64,000 nt of DNA from an uncultured Solirubrobacteraceae bacterium (GTDB lineage Bacteria; Actinomycetota; Thermoleophilia; Solirubrobacterales; Solirubrobacteraceae): positions 276,589-340,588 of the forward strand of contig CAVUME010000006.1 of the NCBI GenBank assembly GCA_963742395.1, written 5' to 3'. The notes beneath the pieces were generated by a model. That model was given only the letters and a program-made list of their open reading frames with translations. It was not told the DNA's origin and did not search any database. Below, in pieces: positions 49,831 through 64,000 of the stretch (its first letter is position 1; the number at the start of each line of letters is the position of its first letter). A program made the translations under genes and the position numbers.

Positions 49831-50472
49831 ATGAGCTTTGCTGCCCGCCGCCAGGACGGCACGCTGATGGAGCTCGTGGAGGAGGCGGGCCGCAACGTGC
49901 AGCGTTGCGGGCTGCTGCTCAACGACCTGCTCAAGGAGTACCCCGAGCGCGCGCCGCTGGCGCAGGACGTGAAGGTCTGCGAGCAGGAAGGCGACCGCAT
50001 CACCCACGACATCATCCACCGCTTGGCCGGCCGTGGGCGGGTGCGGGCGCCGTTCGACGCGGGCGACGGCTACGCGCTGGCGACCGCGCTGGACGACATC
50101 GTCGACCACAGCGAGCACGTCGCCGCCCTGCTCAGCCTGTATGGCGTCGAGGCCCCGATGGAGCAGGCGGTCGAGTTCACCGAGGTCCTCGTGGGGGCCG
50201 GTGAGCAGATCGCCCAGGCGCTGCGCTCGCTGCGCACGGGCACCGAGCTCGGTCCCCATCTGGTCGAGATCCATCGCTTGGAGAACGAGGGCGACAGGCT
50301 CCAGCGGGACGCGGTCGCCTCGCTGTTCGCAGGTGGGATCGACCCGATGGTGGTGATCCGCTGGAAGGACATCTTCGAGTCGCTGGAGGCCGCCGTGGAC
50401 GCGTGCGAGACGGTCGCCCACGTGCTCGAGGGGATCACGCTCAAGCAACGCCGCCGCCGGGGGCGCCGCTAG
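49831..50472 (+). CDS. DUF47 phosphate transport regulator (PhoU-like)
   Basis: EQEGDRITH, APFD..D...LATALDDIVD, HRLENEGD and WKDIFESLEAAVD. Confidence 0.92.
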   Translation: MSFAARRQDGTLMELVEEAGRNVQRCGLLLNDLLKEYPERAPLAQDVKVCEQEGDRITHDIIHRLAGRGRVRAPFDAGDGYALATALDDIVDHSEHVAALLSLYGVEAPMEQAVEFTEVLVGAGEQIAQALRSLRTGTELGPHLVEIHRLENEGDRLQRDAVASLFAGGIDPMVVIRWKDIFESLEAAVDACETVAHVLEGITLKQRRRRGRR

Positions 50473-50517
50473 CCGGCCGCGCGCTGTCGCCAAGGGCGCT
50501 CGCAGTCCCGGCGGGCT

Positions 50518-51238
50518 CTAGCCCGTCGGCGGGGCGCTGAGCTGCAGGCTCGCCCCCGAGGGATCGCCGATCAGGAACGCCTGGAAGTGGGAGGAGCCAT
50601 GGGGCGGCACTTCGGTGAGCACCGCGCGCCCGGCCGAGACGATGCGCCCGCCCCGGCTTGCCGTGGCATAGACGACGACTTCCTGTTGAGGAGTGCCCGT
50701 CGGAGTTGGCGACCGTCCCTTCCAAGGCTCCTCCGTTGGAGTTCTCTTCGCCCAGCCGTCCAGTGACGGTGAGCGTCGCGGCGTCGCCCGCGGTCCGGCC
50801 TTCGCCGAGCTTGGCCGTAACGCTCACCGGTGTGCCCACGGCCTGGACCTGGTCGTCCACCCAGGTAGAGGATCCGTGCGCTGGAACCGACGGGATCGTC
50901 GTCAGCGTCGAGGAGATGCCGGGTTGGTTGTTGGTGTAGAGGGATGCGCCCGATCCGTCCCTGACCGTGATCAGGATCGGCACTTTGCGCAGACGTGAGC
51001 TCGTGAGGTTGCGCACCGTGACCACCGCCGCCGTTCCTTCGCGGGTGTGCAACACGGCAGTGCTCTGCACCTGTGTCTTGCTGCTCGCTCGGCCGGCCAC
51101 TAGCGCCCTCAGGGGTGCCTGGGTCTCGCTGGTCTTATGGCTGCGCTTGGCCGCGCGTTCCAGGCGCGCACTCTCTTCGGCGGTGGTCGCGCAGCCGGCC
51201 AGCGCCAGGGCGGCGAGCGCCGCGAGCGCCAATCTCAC
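50518..51238 (-). CDS. Lipoprotein with two Ig-like (FxLYD-like) beta-sandwich domains; frameshift near 50690
   Basis: Lipobox LAGC. Repeated VTVRN...VPAHGSSTW and GTVAN...[13 protein letters not shown] overlap with pstB2. Confidence 0.7.
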
Positions 51239-52133
51239 CCGAAGGCCCCGCTGATGTAATCGCGGGTCCGCTGCTGGCGCGGCGAATCGAACACCTGATC
51301 GCTGTTGCCGTACTCCACGAGCTCGCCGAGATGCATGAACGCGACCTCGTCGGCGACGCGGAAGGCCTGCTGCAGGTTATGCGTGACGATCACGATCGCG
51401 ATGCTCTCGCGCAGTTGCACGATCAGCTCCTCGATCGTCGCCGTCGAGATCGGATCGAGCGCCGAACACGGCTCGTCGAGGAGCAGCACCTCGGGCCGTG
51501 CGGCCAGCGCCCGAGCGATGCAAAGGCGTTGCTGCTGGCCTCCCGAAAGCGCGAGCGCCGAGCGGCTCAGGTCGTCCGCGACCTCTTCGTAGAGGCCGGC
51601 ACGCTGCAGCGCGTCGACCACCGCGGTCTCGATCTCGGCGGTGCGCCGCCTGCGCCGGCGGCCGGTTCGCTCGACCAGCGCGTAGGCGACGTTGTCGAAG
51701 ATGCGTCATCGGAAACGGGTTGGGCTGCTGGAACACCATCGTCACCCGGCGGCGTAGTTCGTTGACCTCGAGCTCGTGCACGTCCGTGCCGTCGAGCGTG
51801 ATGAGGCCGCTGCGGGCGGCGCCCTCCGTCACCTCCGTGAGCCGGTTCATCGAGCGGAGCAGCGTCGTCTTACCGGAGCCGGAAGCGCCGATCAACGCGA
51901 GCACCTCGCCCTGGCGCACCGAGACGCTGACGTCCCGCACCACCCAGTTGCTGCCGTACGCCAGCCACACCGATTCGACGCGCATGCGCTCCTTCACCTG
52001 CGCCGGAGCCGTCCGCCGGGTGCGCACGCCTGCGCGCTACAGCTCGAAGGGCACCGGCGCCGTTCCCCGGCTGCCGGGCTCGGCCACGCGTGGGCGCCCG
52101 GTCTACGACGATGCGCCGCACTGGCGGCGGCAT
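51235..52133 (-). CDS. pstB: Second PstB ATPase (frameshifted)
   Basis: [39 protein letters not shown] and YISGAFG across frames. Confidence 0.9.
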
Positions 52134-53156
52134 CACCGGCTCCACTGGAATCTCCCGATCCTGCCCGTGAGCCTGCGCCACCACGGTCGCGACCCCGGCT
52201 CCCTGCCCCGCGTGATCCGGGTCACGAGGGCGTTGAGCGCGAGCACGATCATCAGCAGCACGAAGGCTGCCGCGTAGGCCTTTTCGTGCGAGTTGCCCTC
52301 ACCGGCGGGCGAGTTGTAGAAAACGTAGCTCGTGAGCGTCGAGCCGGTCCCCCGCAGGGTGCCGAGTAGCGGGGTGCTGCCGACGGGTTCGTTCTTCAGG
52401 GTCAGCCCGAGCAGCACCGTTACGATTGCGGTGTCGCCGATGATACGGCCCATGCCCAGCACCACGCCGCCGGCCATGCTGGGGCGGATCGACGGCAGCA
52501 GCACGTGGCGGATCGTGGTGGCGCGGGTCTTGCCGAGCGCGAAGGAGGCCTCGCGGACGCGGTTGGGAACCTGTTCCAGCGCCTCGTAGGTGGCCGCGAC
52601 GATCAACGGCAAGGCGAGCAGCGCCATGAATAGCCCGGCGTCGAGGAACGACTCGCCGAGTGCCCCTTGGGGCGAGCCCTGGGAAAGGAAGCTGAGGAAT
52701 CCCTTCGAGACGATCAGCAGCCCGAACAGAGCGAGCACGATGCTCGGCACGCCGGCCAGGATCTCGATCGACGAGCCGACCGCGCGGGCGAGCCACCGCG
52801 GACTGCGGTACTCAGACAGCCACACGCCGAGCGCGATCCCGACCGGCGCGGCGACGGCGGTGCCGATCCCGGTCACGATGAGAGTCCCGATGATCGGGTC
52901 GAGAAAGCCCCCGCTCTGGTTCTGGCGAAGCGAGGCCGCCGGCGACTTCACGAATAGTTCCGGGCGTAGGTATGAGATGCCCTTCACGAACATGTACGCG
53001 ACGATCGCCACGGCGACTACGCACAACCCGATCCCCGTGACCCAGCAGAGCCAGTAGCAGGCCCTGTCGATCAACGGCCAGGACGAGACCCGCTCGCGCG
53101 GCGCGGGAAGCGCGGGCGGCGCGACTGGCTGGGGCGAGGCGGCGCAGGCTCGCCAT
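52133..53156 (-). CDS. pstA: Second PstA permease; 5' frameshift near 53085
   Basis: GVPSIVLALFG, REASFALG and GRIIGDTA. TGATG coupling to its neighbours. Confidence 0.88.
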
Positions 53157-54193
53157 CAGCCCCGGACTCCATAGCGCTTGAGTGGCTGCTTGGCGGCCCA
53201 CCCGGCGAATGACAGCATCGTCGCTGACACCAGCAGCACGGCGGCCATCGCGTAGATCGTGTGGCTCAGCGACCCGATTGTGAGGCCCTCGGATTCTTGG
53301 AAGATCATCGCCGCGAGTGGCCTGACGGGCTCAAAGAAGAAGGTCAGCCCGTCGAGCGGGTTGGCGTTAAACGCGGTTCCGCCGGCGACCATCGCGAGCA
53401 TCACGGCCTCGCCGAGCGCCCGCGCGGTCGCAAGAACCGTCGCGGCCGCGATCGCGGGCCAAGCGGTTCGCAGAGAGACCCGCCAGATCGTGCGCCAGCG
53501 GTTGACGCCCAGCGCCGCGGAACCCTCCCGCCAGGAGGCCGGAACGGCCGCCAGGGCGTTGGCGGTGAGGGCGATCATGATTGGCAGGATCATCACCGTC
53601 AGGATCAGCGAGGCGGTCGTCAGGTTCGCGCCGTTGAGCTGCACCACGTAGATCACCGACTGCTTGCGCCCGTTGCTGATCAGGTGGTTGTTGATCCAGG
53701 GCGCCAGGGCGAGAATGCCGATCAACCCGTAGATCACCGACGGCACCCCCGCGAGCAGTCGGACGACCGGTTCGAGCGCCCGTCTCGCAGGGGCGGGTGC
53801 GAATTCGGTGAGGAAAACGGCGGCCAACGTGGAGATCACGAGGGCGAGCACCACGGCCACGACCGTCGTCACCACCGTTCCCCAGATTAAGGGCCACGCG
53901 CGGAAGTAGAGGAGCCCGTGCCCGGGCAGCGGAGTCCCTTCGCGCATTACCCGCAGCTCAGTCGCGACGTCACCGCCCGAGCCGAACCAGCTCAGGCCGT
54001 TGTGGGAGAAGGACGGCCACGCCTTGATCACGACCGTCGCGACCATCAGTGCGATCAGCGCGAATGCGCCGAACGCGAGCGCGCCGAGCGCTAGCTCGGC
54101 GCGCCTGTCGGTGCGTGCGGCGGCGGCGAGCTCGGCGCCCGCCTGCTGCATAGGTGCTGCGGTTATTTGAGCGCTCGGCTGCGGCGCCGCCAC
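53156..54193 (-). CDS. pstC: Second PstC permease
   Basis: LLAGVPSVIYGL, LTVMILP and ARALGEAV. Confidence 0.92.
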   Translation of the reverse strand: MAAPQPSAQITAAPMQQAGAELAAAARTDRRAELALGALAFGAFALIALMVATVVIKAWPSFSHNGLSWFGSGGDVATELRVMREGTPLPGHGLLYFRAWPLIWGTVVTTVVAVVLALVISTLAAVFLTEFAPAPARRALEPVVRLLAGVPSVIYGLIGILALAPWINNHLISNGRKQSVIYVVQLNGANLTTASLILTVMILPIMIALTANALAAVPASWREGSAALGVNRWRTIWRVSLRTAWPAIAAATVLATARALGEAVMLAMVAGGTAFNANPLDGLTFFFEPVRPLAAMIFQESEGLTIGSLSHTIYAMAAVLLVSATMLSFAGWAAKQPLKRYGVRG

Positions 54194-54195
54194 GT

Positions 54196-55009
54196 TTAGT
54201 GGATCGCGATCCAGCTTGAGTTGATGATCTTGTCGACGGTCCGGTTTCCGCTGACGACCCAGGCAATGAACTTGAGGGATTCGCCCTTGGGCACCCCCTT
54301 CGTGACCATCCAGAAGTTACGCACGCCGGCATATTGCCCGGAGCGAGCGTTGCGCAGGTTGCAGGGGATCCCTTCGAACCCGACCGCGTTCACGCCTCCC
54401 GTGTACGCGAACGATACGAATCCGATCGCCTGTTTGTCGCCGTCGATCGACTGCTGCTCGAGGCCGTTCGAGGTCTCGGTGCTGGCACTGGGCGAGACCT
54501 TCGTGGTTTCGCCGAGGAAGATGTGCTGGAAGGCGTCCTGGGTACCGGAGGCACCGTCGCGGTCGAACAGGTCGATCGGGCCGCCGATCTTCGCGCCTTG
54601 GACTTCGCTCCAGTTACGGATCCGACCCGTGAAGATGCCGTACACCGTTTCCTGGGACATGTTGCTGATCGCGTTGGCGTTGTTCGTTATCACGCAAACG
54701 CCGTCACGCGCGATCTTGGTGAACACGAGCCCATGCGGATCGACCCCCAGGATCGGGTCACGGGAGGAGTCGCCGATGTCGAAGCGGCCTTCCGCGGCGC
54801 CGTGGATACCGATGTCCGACTGACCGCCGCTGACGCTCGGGGCGGGGATGTGGGGGTAGGCCTTGTGGTACGCCGCCGTGAGTTTCTGCATCGAGCGGTA
54901 GCACGGAGGTGGATCCGCCGATGATCAAACGGCGGGCGACAGCCACGGACGGAACCGCCGCGACGAGTAGGACGACCAGACATGCGATGAGGGTTCGATG
55001 GGCGCGCAA
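54196..55009 (-). CDS. pstS: Second, short-type phosphate-binding protein with a cleavable signal peptide; frameshift near 54893
   Basis: GGSTSVLP, DIGDSSRD, IARDGV, RDGASGTQDAF and IGFVS. AVA cleavage site and no lipobox. Confidence 0.88.
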
Positions 55010-55167
55010 GGCTCGCTCCTTTGAGAAACGTGGAAGGTTGTCGAATCAGCTCCTGCGGCGTTCGCGCGAACGCCGAGCGGGGAAAACAAGTCAAGCCGCC
55101 GATCGATGCGGTCGTCACGCAACGCGGCCAACCCGAGCGGAAGCGTCGCGCTCAAACCCGTCGAGCC

Positions 55168-55348
55168 ATGTTTCGTTTTTGTGAACGCGGGCGAGGCTCG
55201 CTCGCAGGAGCCGTCACAGCCACGCCGGCGGAGCGCCCCCACGGGCTCGTTGGGACGATGGCCGGTGGTGCCGCGCGGCGGTCAGCCCGCCGCCGCGGCC
55301 GGGCAGCGCCGTCGGTGCGGCTCGGCAATGTGTCGTTTTTGTGAACGC
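55168..55348 (-). promoter_or_regulatory. Two near-identical 21-bp PHO-box-like sites 160 bp apart
   Basis: ATGT(T/G)TCGTTTTTGTGAACGC at 55168-55188 and 55328-55348. On the minus strand this reads GTTCACAAAAA CGA(A/C)ACAT. Confidence 0.7.
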
Positions 55349-55525
55349 CGTTGCTTTTCGAACGCGGCCGTGTGAGGCTGGCGCCGCACCGACTGCGCTG
55401 CGCGACCGAATCCCATCTCGGGAACGGGCGGAGCCTCCGTCGGCGTGCGCCGAGACCGATCTCGGCGGCCGAGAAGCCCGGCTCTCAGGAACCGCCGGGC
55501 GCCAAGCGCGACGAGCCCGACCAGA

Positions 55526-57715
<2,190 letters not shown>

Positions 57716-57719
<4 letters not shown>

Positions 57720-58491
57720 GGCTGCGCAGGCCCTCACCGGCGCTCCTTGTAGCTTGTATCGCGCTGGTCTTCTCGACCACCGGTCTCGCCGACGCGGCGA
57801 GACACGCGATCGCCAGCGCCGTCGCCGGACACCCGTTGACCACAAAGCCGCGACCCGGCGGGATCCTGGTGCTCGGCCACAACGGCAAGTTCCCGGCTGC
57901 CGCGATTCCGAAGGTTCACGAAGCGGCCCGCGTAGGGGGCAAGACCGTCGGGCAGCTTGAAGGAAGCTGTCCGCCCGACACCGTGGACCTCGGGACGTAC
58001 TGCATGGAATCGGCTCCGTACGCATTGAAGAAGGAAGACCTCGGCAAGAACAACTTCATTTTCGCGAGTAAGACGTGCGCCAACGCTGGTGGGTGGCTGC
58101 CGTCCGCCGCCCAACTGCTGGGGGCTGCCGAACGCGTAAAGCTCGAGTCGACGATCCACGACTCCCAACTCACCGCGACGATCGACCTCGACCCGACACG
58201 CGGTCTCAAAGATGAACGGGAGATGAGTTCGTCGCTGATAACGACGAAGGCGGCTCGGCCGCCGCCGGGTTCGAGGGCGTCAGCGAAGGCGCCACCGGGA
58301 ATCCTCGCCAGGGCCAGGCCAACCCGGTCCAGCTGCCTGCCAACCCGCTCCCCGAATCTCTGCAGTACGTGACGGTCTACAGCAACCACGAGCAGGGGGG
58401 ATTCGCCGGCTCGGAGCCTGTGAACAACGCCGAGAACTTCCGCTGCGCGTACAACCTGTCGGCCGGAGCAGTCAACAAATCGACGTCTTGA
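57716..58491 (+). CDS. Secreted protein with a Cys-containing C-type-lectin/FGE-sulfatase-like fold; frameshift near 58250
   Basis: Signal [41 protein letters not shown] and ENFRCAY. GTGA overlap with ftsH. Confidence 0.7.
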
Positions 58492-58603
58492 ACGACCATG
58501 TGCGACTCGCCTCAAAGGCGTGCCGAGCAGTCGTGAACTTTCGGTGAATCCTCGCCGCGAATCGCACCGTCGGGGGGATGTCCTCAATACCCTCGGCCGT
58601 GGC

Positions 58604-60578
58604 ATGAGACCCGGCACGACCGTTCCGCCGGCGCTCGCGCGTCGTACCGGCACGGTGGGCGCGATGCTGGTCGCGATCCTGTTGCTGCTGCCCGCCGGCG
58701 CCGCCCGAGCGGTGATCCTGCCCGCGAGCACCATCGACGGACCAAGCGAGAACATCGTCGGTTCGGCGGTGTCGCCATGGCTGAAGACGGCACCGGCGGT
58801 GTTGTCTACCTCAAGCGCGTCGACGGCGTCACCCACGTGTTCGTCTCGCGCTACGTCAACGGGCAGTGGCTGACGCCCGATACGGGTTGACACCGAAGAG
58901 CCATTCGCGGCCAGCTGGCCCCGTATCGGCGCGGCAAACGGCGGTGAGCTGATCGTCGTGTGGGCCACGCCGTTTGCGACGCGTGAAGGCAAGCCGGTCT
59001 ACGAGCTGCTCGGCTCCGAGCTCGGACCCGGCGGCGAAAGCTTCGGGAACGCGATCTTCATCGACTCAAACATCGAAGAAGCGACTGGCACCGAGCCCGG
59101 ACCTCGCGGTCAGCTCGAGCGGACAGGCCGATGTTGTCTACCGGGTCGTCCAGCCGCTCGCGACGGACGTCGCGCTGCTTCGCCCGGGCGACGTCGTCGA
59201 GCAGGTCCGCGTGGCCCATTTCGACGGCCAGCGCTGGTCGAACCTCGGCGCGATCAACCGCAACCCGTCCTCCTCGATGCGGGCGCCCACGCAGGCAAAC
59301 GCGCCGTCATCGGCGATCGGGCCGACCGGCAAGGCGGTCGTCGTGTGGCAGGAGCCAGACGTCGAAGGCGTAGCGCGGATCTGGGCGAGGCGCCTGTTCG
59401 GCAGCGCCGTCGATTACGTGATGCCGGTGAGCGCGACGGCTACAACGGGGTGCCGGTCGGCGTCGACGCGGACGCGCCGAGCGTCGCCTCTTCCGCCTCG
59501 GGCAGGCGGAGGTCGCCTACCGCCAGCCCGGAGGGCCGGGCTCGCCCCTCCCCGGTCCGCGCATCTTCCTCAACGTCCTCCCTGATGGTGAATCCGCGAA
59601 TGGAGCCGAGTTCGAAGGCGCCCGCGTCGTCGACCCCGCGCTGGGCGGTGGCGCCGCGGCAAGCGTGGGCCCACCGAGCATCGACATCGACGAACAGCAG
59701 GGCATGCGCCTGCTCTACGACGGCAACGGGATGCCGAGGGTGCTCGAAGGGGGCGCCAGCGAAGCCGTTCCCTCCGTCCAGCTGGGTCCTTCGTTCGCCG
59801 GCTCCGAACCGTTCGCCGTGAGCGTCATGAACCCCCAGGGCGGCGGCGTGTCCGCGTGGCCGAGTGAGAGTCGCCGGGTCACCCTGCTGTGGCGGTGCGT
59901 GAGGATTTTCCCGACCGCTCGATCCAGACCGCCCTTGTATCGGGCGGCGCCGGCGGTGAAGTCGGGGAACTCTCCGTCGGTCGCTCGGGCCTCGGGGACG
60001 GCATCGTCGCCTTCCGCCAGGGCGAGTTCGGAAATGCCGCGATCGTCGCTTCACGAGGCCACGGCGCCGCCGGCGCCGTTCGTGGTCACGTCCCGAAACG
60101 CTGGGTGAAACCCGTGCAGGCGACCGTCTCCTGGCTGCCGGCGCCGAGCGCGGTGGGTCCTCTCTCCTACAACATCGTCCTCGACGGCCACGTCGAGCCC
60201 ACCCGACAGAGCAGCCTCCTGACGGCGGTGGTGAATCCCCGCGGGCTTTCCTCCGGTCGTCACCGGTTGCAGATCCTCGCCACCGACCGCGACGGCCAGT
60301 CGACCCTCAGCGCACCGGCCAAACTGCTGGTCGCGGGCGGCCCCCGCGCGTGAGCATCAGCGCGTCGCAGGTGGCCGTCGGGATGAGCATCCAGGTCAGC
60401 GACGCCTCGGGCGTCGAGAAGTCGACGCTCAAGGTCAGCTTCGGCGACGGGCGTCCCCGCGACGGACACGCCCGAGTACGCCATCGCTACCTCCACGCCG
60501 GTGTCTACGAATTGGTCACCAAGGTGCGCGACCGCTCGGCTACGGGACCACGGTGCGCCGCTCGTGAGCGTGACGTGA
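58604..60578 (+). CDS. Large secreted beta-rich protein with C-terminal Ig/PKD-like domains (multiple frameshifts)
   Basis: Signal peptide ending ARA, repeated G.AVVVW/VVY strands, LSSGRHRLQILATD and VSFGDG...HRYLHAGVYEL. Confidence 0.65.
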
Positions 60579-62769
60579 ACCGCCTCGTACGATATTGCTC
60601 GGGCCTGCTCGCCGCACTCGCGGCGGCGACGGCGGCGGCCGCGATCTGGACTGCGCCACCGAGGGCGCCGACATCTTCAGCCCCACGACACTCGCATCAC
60701 GGCCACCTGAGCGGCCCCGCGTACTTCCAGCAGGCGGAACACGCGCACGACACCGTCATCTCCGGCAATGGCCGCTACGTCGTCTTCGACGGCGTGGTCG
60801 GCGGCAACAGGGGGTCTTGCGGCGTGACCTCGCAACCAGCGAGATGCAGAGGTCGCCGACGGCAACGCAGTGCGTCCGTCGGTCAGTGCCGACGGCCGGT
60901 ACGTGAGCTTCACCACCACAGCGCGAGGCTCGACGAGAGACCGACACCATCCGGGGTCCGGACTGTACGTGCGAGACATGAGCATCCCAACGGCCGCGCC
61001 GTGCGGGTCCGATTGGGAACAGGACGGCGAAGCAGTGCCCGTTCGACGGTCGCCTCAGCCGTCGATGGCTCGGCGCGGGGCTCAGCTACGAATACCCGGC
61101 CGCCCTCTACGCCTCCGAACCGGAATTCAACAAAGGGGAACTCGGCTCATTCGCCACCGGCCGCTCCGCAATCAGCGCCGACGGACGCGAGGTCGCGTTC
61201 GTCACGACGGCGGTCTCCGACCTCGACAACCGGCCCGGCGCCCCTGCCGCGCATGCAGGTGCTGGTGCGCCACCTCGACACCAGGCACACGAAACTGGTC
61301 AGCGCGACATACGCAACGGAACCCGAGCGGGGAACCGGAGTGCCAGGCGACCGGGGCGGTGCACGCGGGCTCCACCACGGAGACGCGTCCGTTCCCGGGC
61401 GGAGACGGGGGCGCCGCGATCAGCGCCGACGGCAATACGGTCGCGTGGATTGGGGTCAACGTCGGCCAGCAGGCCGCGTGCTGTCCGGCGAAGGGCTCGG
61501 CGAAGGCTATACGGAGCCGCTGTGGCGGCGGGTCGGCGAACCCGGCTCCCCACCCGGAGGATCACGGGAGGCTCCGACCCACTCGCCCCCGCGTGCCAGG
61601 CCAGCGGCGAGACCGCCGTACAGGTGCCGGCGAGCCTCTCCGATCCGTGTCAGGGACCGTTCGATACCACCGGCGGCCTGTCCGGAAGCCTGCCCGGGCT
61701 GTGGACGGGGGGGACGCAGTGGAACTACGTGCCCCAACTCAGCGCCGACGGCAGCAGGGTCGCGTTCCTCGCCACCGCCCGCTACATCGCCAGCGGCGAA
61801 GGACTTGCGCTCGGCGGAAACGACGGACGACCTCTACACGGCAGACATGCAGGGCGGGCCCACGCGCGTACCGGCGACCCAGCGGCTCACCGAACTCGCC
61901 GGCGGCGGCTTCAACGACGCGGCCCGCACCGACCCGATCGTGGACCTCGGCGTCTCCCCGGAAGAGGACCCAGATCGCGTTCGCGAGCGCGCGCACGATC
62001 TTCCCGCTCGGCTCGCCGGCGTTCGTGAGCCCGCCGGCGCCGACGGCCGAGCTGACCGAAATGTACGACGCCGACCTCTCCAGCGACACGCTCACGCGGG
62101 TGACGCAGGGCTTCGAAGGGCAGCGCACCGAAGCTCCCGAAAGGCAGGATGAAACCGGCTCGCCCAGCTTCTCCGGCGACGGCCTGGAGCTGGCCTTCTC
62201 CTCGGCCGACGACGACCTCGTCTACGGCGACGGCAACGAGGCTGCGGACGGGTTCGTGGTCCCGCGGATCGCCTTTGCGCCGGTACCTACGCCGCAGGAG
62301 ATCTCGCCGGCGCCCGAAGGTCCGGCGCTGGCGCCGAGCTGGGCGATCACGGCAACCGCGGCCAGCCGTCGCGACGGAACGGTGCTGCTCTACGTGCAGG
62401 TCCCGGGCGCGGGCTCGCTCGCGGCGGTTGGCCCACGCCACGGTTGCCGTCACGGCGCTCGCAGGTAAGACGGCGCGCTCCCGGCACGACCGGCGAGCGC
62501 GTCGCGCGGTTCGGGTGGCGGTGCGCTCGGCGAGCGTGGCGTCCCACACCGGCAAGGCCGCCGATGCCGGACCGGTGAGTCTCCCGCTGGCGCTCGCGAG
62601 CGCCTATGAGCACCTCGCCGAAGCGTCCGGCGGCCTCTACGCGACCGTGACCCTGCGGTTCTCCTCGCTGGGGCACGCGCCTCTCCAGACCACGATCCAG
62701 GTCACCTTCCGCCGAGCTCCCCACAAGGTCCTACACGGCCACCGGCGCAACAGGAAGCGCAAGTCATGA
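60575..62769 (+). CDS. Secreted TolB/PD40 (WD40-like) beta-propeller protein (multiple frameshifts)
   Basis: At least six repeats: ISGNGRYVVF, VSADGRYVSF, ISADGREVAF, ISADGNTVAW, LSADGSRVAF and FSGDGLELAF. Basic C-terminal tail. Confidence 0.75.
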
Positions 62770-64000
62770 GGCGCACGCGGCGGGTGCTGGCACTGTCGCT
62801 CGCGCTTGCCGCGGTGCTCGCGGCGTGGGCGTCGGCCGCAGCGGCCTCCGAAGGAGGAGAAGGAACCGACGGTGAAGCCAGTTGGCGTCTGGAACAGCCC
62901 CTGCCGCCCGCCGGGCCGGGTGGAGTCGGGTCGCAGGTCCCGATCGGCCTCGGGAAGATCGGCGACATCGAGTTCTGGGCGCCCAACAGGGGCCTGCTGA
63001 TAACGGCCGGAAACCCGCGCACCATCCCGGGGATCTGGTTCTACAACGGCGTCGGCTGGCACGGCTTCGCCAGCCAGTGCGGCGCCACCGACGGGCGTAT
63101 CGCCTGGGCCGGCGCGGAGGAATTCTGGACGGTCTCCGACGGGCGCCCGGGTCAGAGCACGGCCGAAGGCACCCCGCCGCTGGCCGACAACACGCTGTGT
63201 CATTTCGCCGGCGGCCAGATCGTCGGCTCCTACGCCTCGCTGGCGTTCCAGCCGACCTCCTACCAGGCGATGCACGCGGCGGCGTGCTTCGGCGCCGAAG
63301 ACTGCTGGTTCGCGGGAGATCCGCTGCCCGACGAACGCAAAGGGGACTTCCACCTGCACTGGAACGGGCGCTCGGTCAGCGAGGAACCGGGTCCACAGGG
63401 TCACACCGTCGGCTCGATGGCCCACTTCGGCCGCGGGTCTACGAGGGGGTCCATCGAACCGCAGGATCTGCTCAGCGAACCCGAACCGCCAACGGAACCG
63501 TCGCTCGTCCACGGATCGAGCCCGAAGGCGTGCTGCCGACCTTCATCTCGCTGTTTCCCGACGCCCCCCAGCTACCGAACGAACCGCGGCTGCCGACCTA
63601 CGCCTCCGGCGAGACGCCCGAGGCGCTCGACTACCCCCGCCTGAGCGCCGACGAACACGCCCTCTGGGCGGCGATCGATCCGACCCCCGAACCGTTCGAA
63701 TCCTCCCTCGGCGAGGTCACGATCCTGCGCTTCAACGGCGAAGGCTGGAGCCAGCTGCTCGGCCCCGGCACCGACCCGGAAGACGAAAACCCGTTCACCA
63801 GGGAACGAGTCGCATCTCCAGGAACGAACTCGTGCAGTCGATCGCCGCCGAGCCGCCCACCGCCGCCGAAGGCGAAGAAGGACATGAACACGCGTGGCTG
63901 GCCCTGGCTTCAGGTGAACAGCGGGGTGAAGGGTCGAAATCGTTCGCCACCGTGGCAAGGCTCTCGACGGCCGCCGCCGTGAGCCAGCACGAAGCGCTTC
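62766..64000 (+). CDS. Secreted beta-propeller-like protein (partial, frameshifted, runs off the window)
   Basis: Signal peptide, IGDIEFWAPNRGLL, WFYNGVGW, LHWNGRS and LRFNGEGW. ATGA overlap with the previous gene. Confidence 0.65.

Noticed and set aside
55021-55160. Riboswitch in the pstS2 leader (hairpin CGGCGTTCGCGCGAACGCCG)
   Set aside because: It is a single GC-rich palindrome with no recognisable aptamer consensus or expression platform.

Overview
High-GC actinobacterial chromosomal DNA. Gene content and signal-peptide style suggest Thermoleophilia/Solirubrobacterales, which is an inference. Many single-base frameshifts, increasingly dense after about 45 kb, look like long-read consensus errors, so several long ORFs in the track are artefactual fusions or fragments. 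From left to right the window holds: an ECF sigma/anti-sigma pair; a SigB/SigF-type sigma factor with two small proteins and a Crp-family regulator; an acyl-CoA ligase; F420/LLM oxidoreductases; a beta-propeller/cupredoxin lipoprotein; several divergent regulator-MFS/SDR pairs with visible operators; a second ECF sigma with an 834-aa four-repeat partner; a sigB-rsbW-rsbV module; an HpnO-like aminotransferase; typA; two sulfotransferases; and a phosphate region of about 24 kb. That region contains ppk1, sixA, an orphan OmpR-family regulator, phoU-pstBACS, a receiver-less winged-helix protein, DUF47, a second pstSCAB operon, and a divergent FtsH paralogue followed by large secreted proteins. The best leads are (1) an unannotated ~130-nt + strand RNA with its own SigB/SigF-type promoter, two C-rich loops and a terminator, lying antisense inside the rsbW-rsbV module, and (2) a PHO-box-marked locus linking a second Pst transporter to an FtsH paralogue and a coupled operon of secreted beta-propeller/PKD/lectin-like proteins, next to a regulator pair with no nearby kinase. 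No tRNA, rRNA, CRISPR array or mobile element was recognised.
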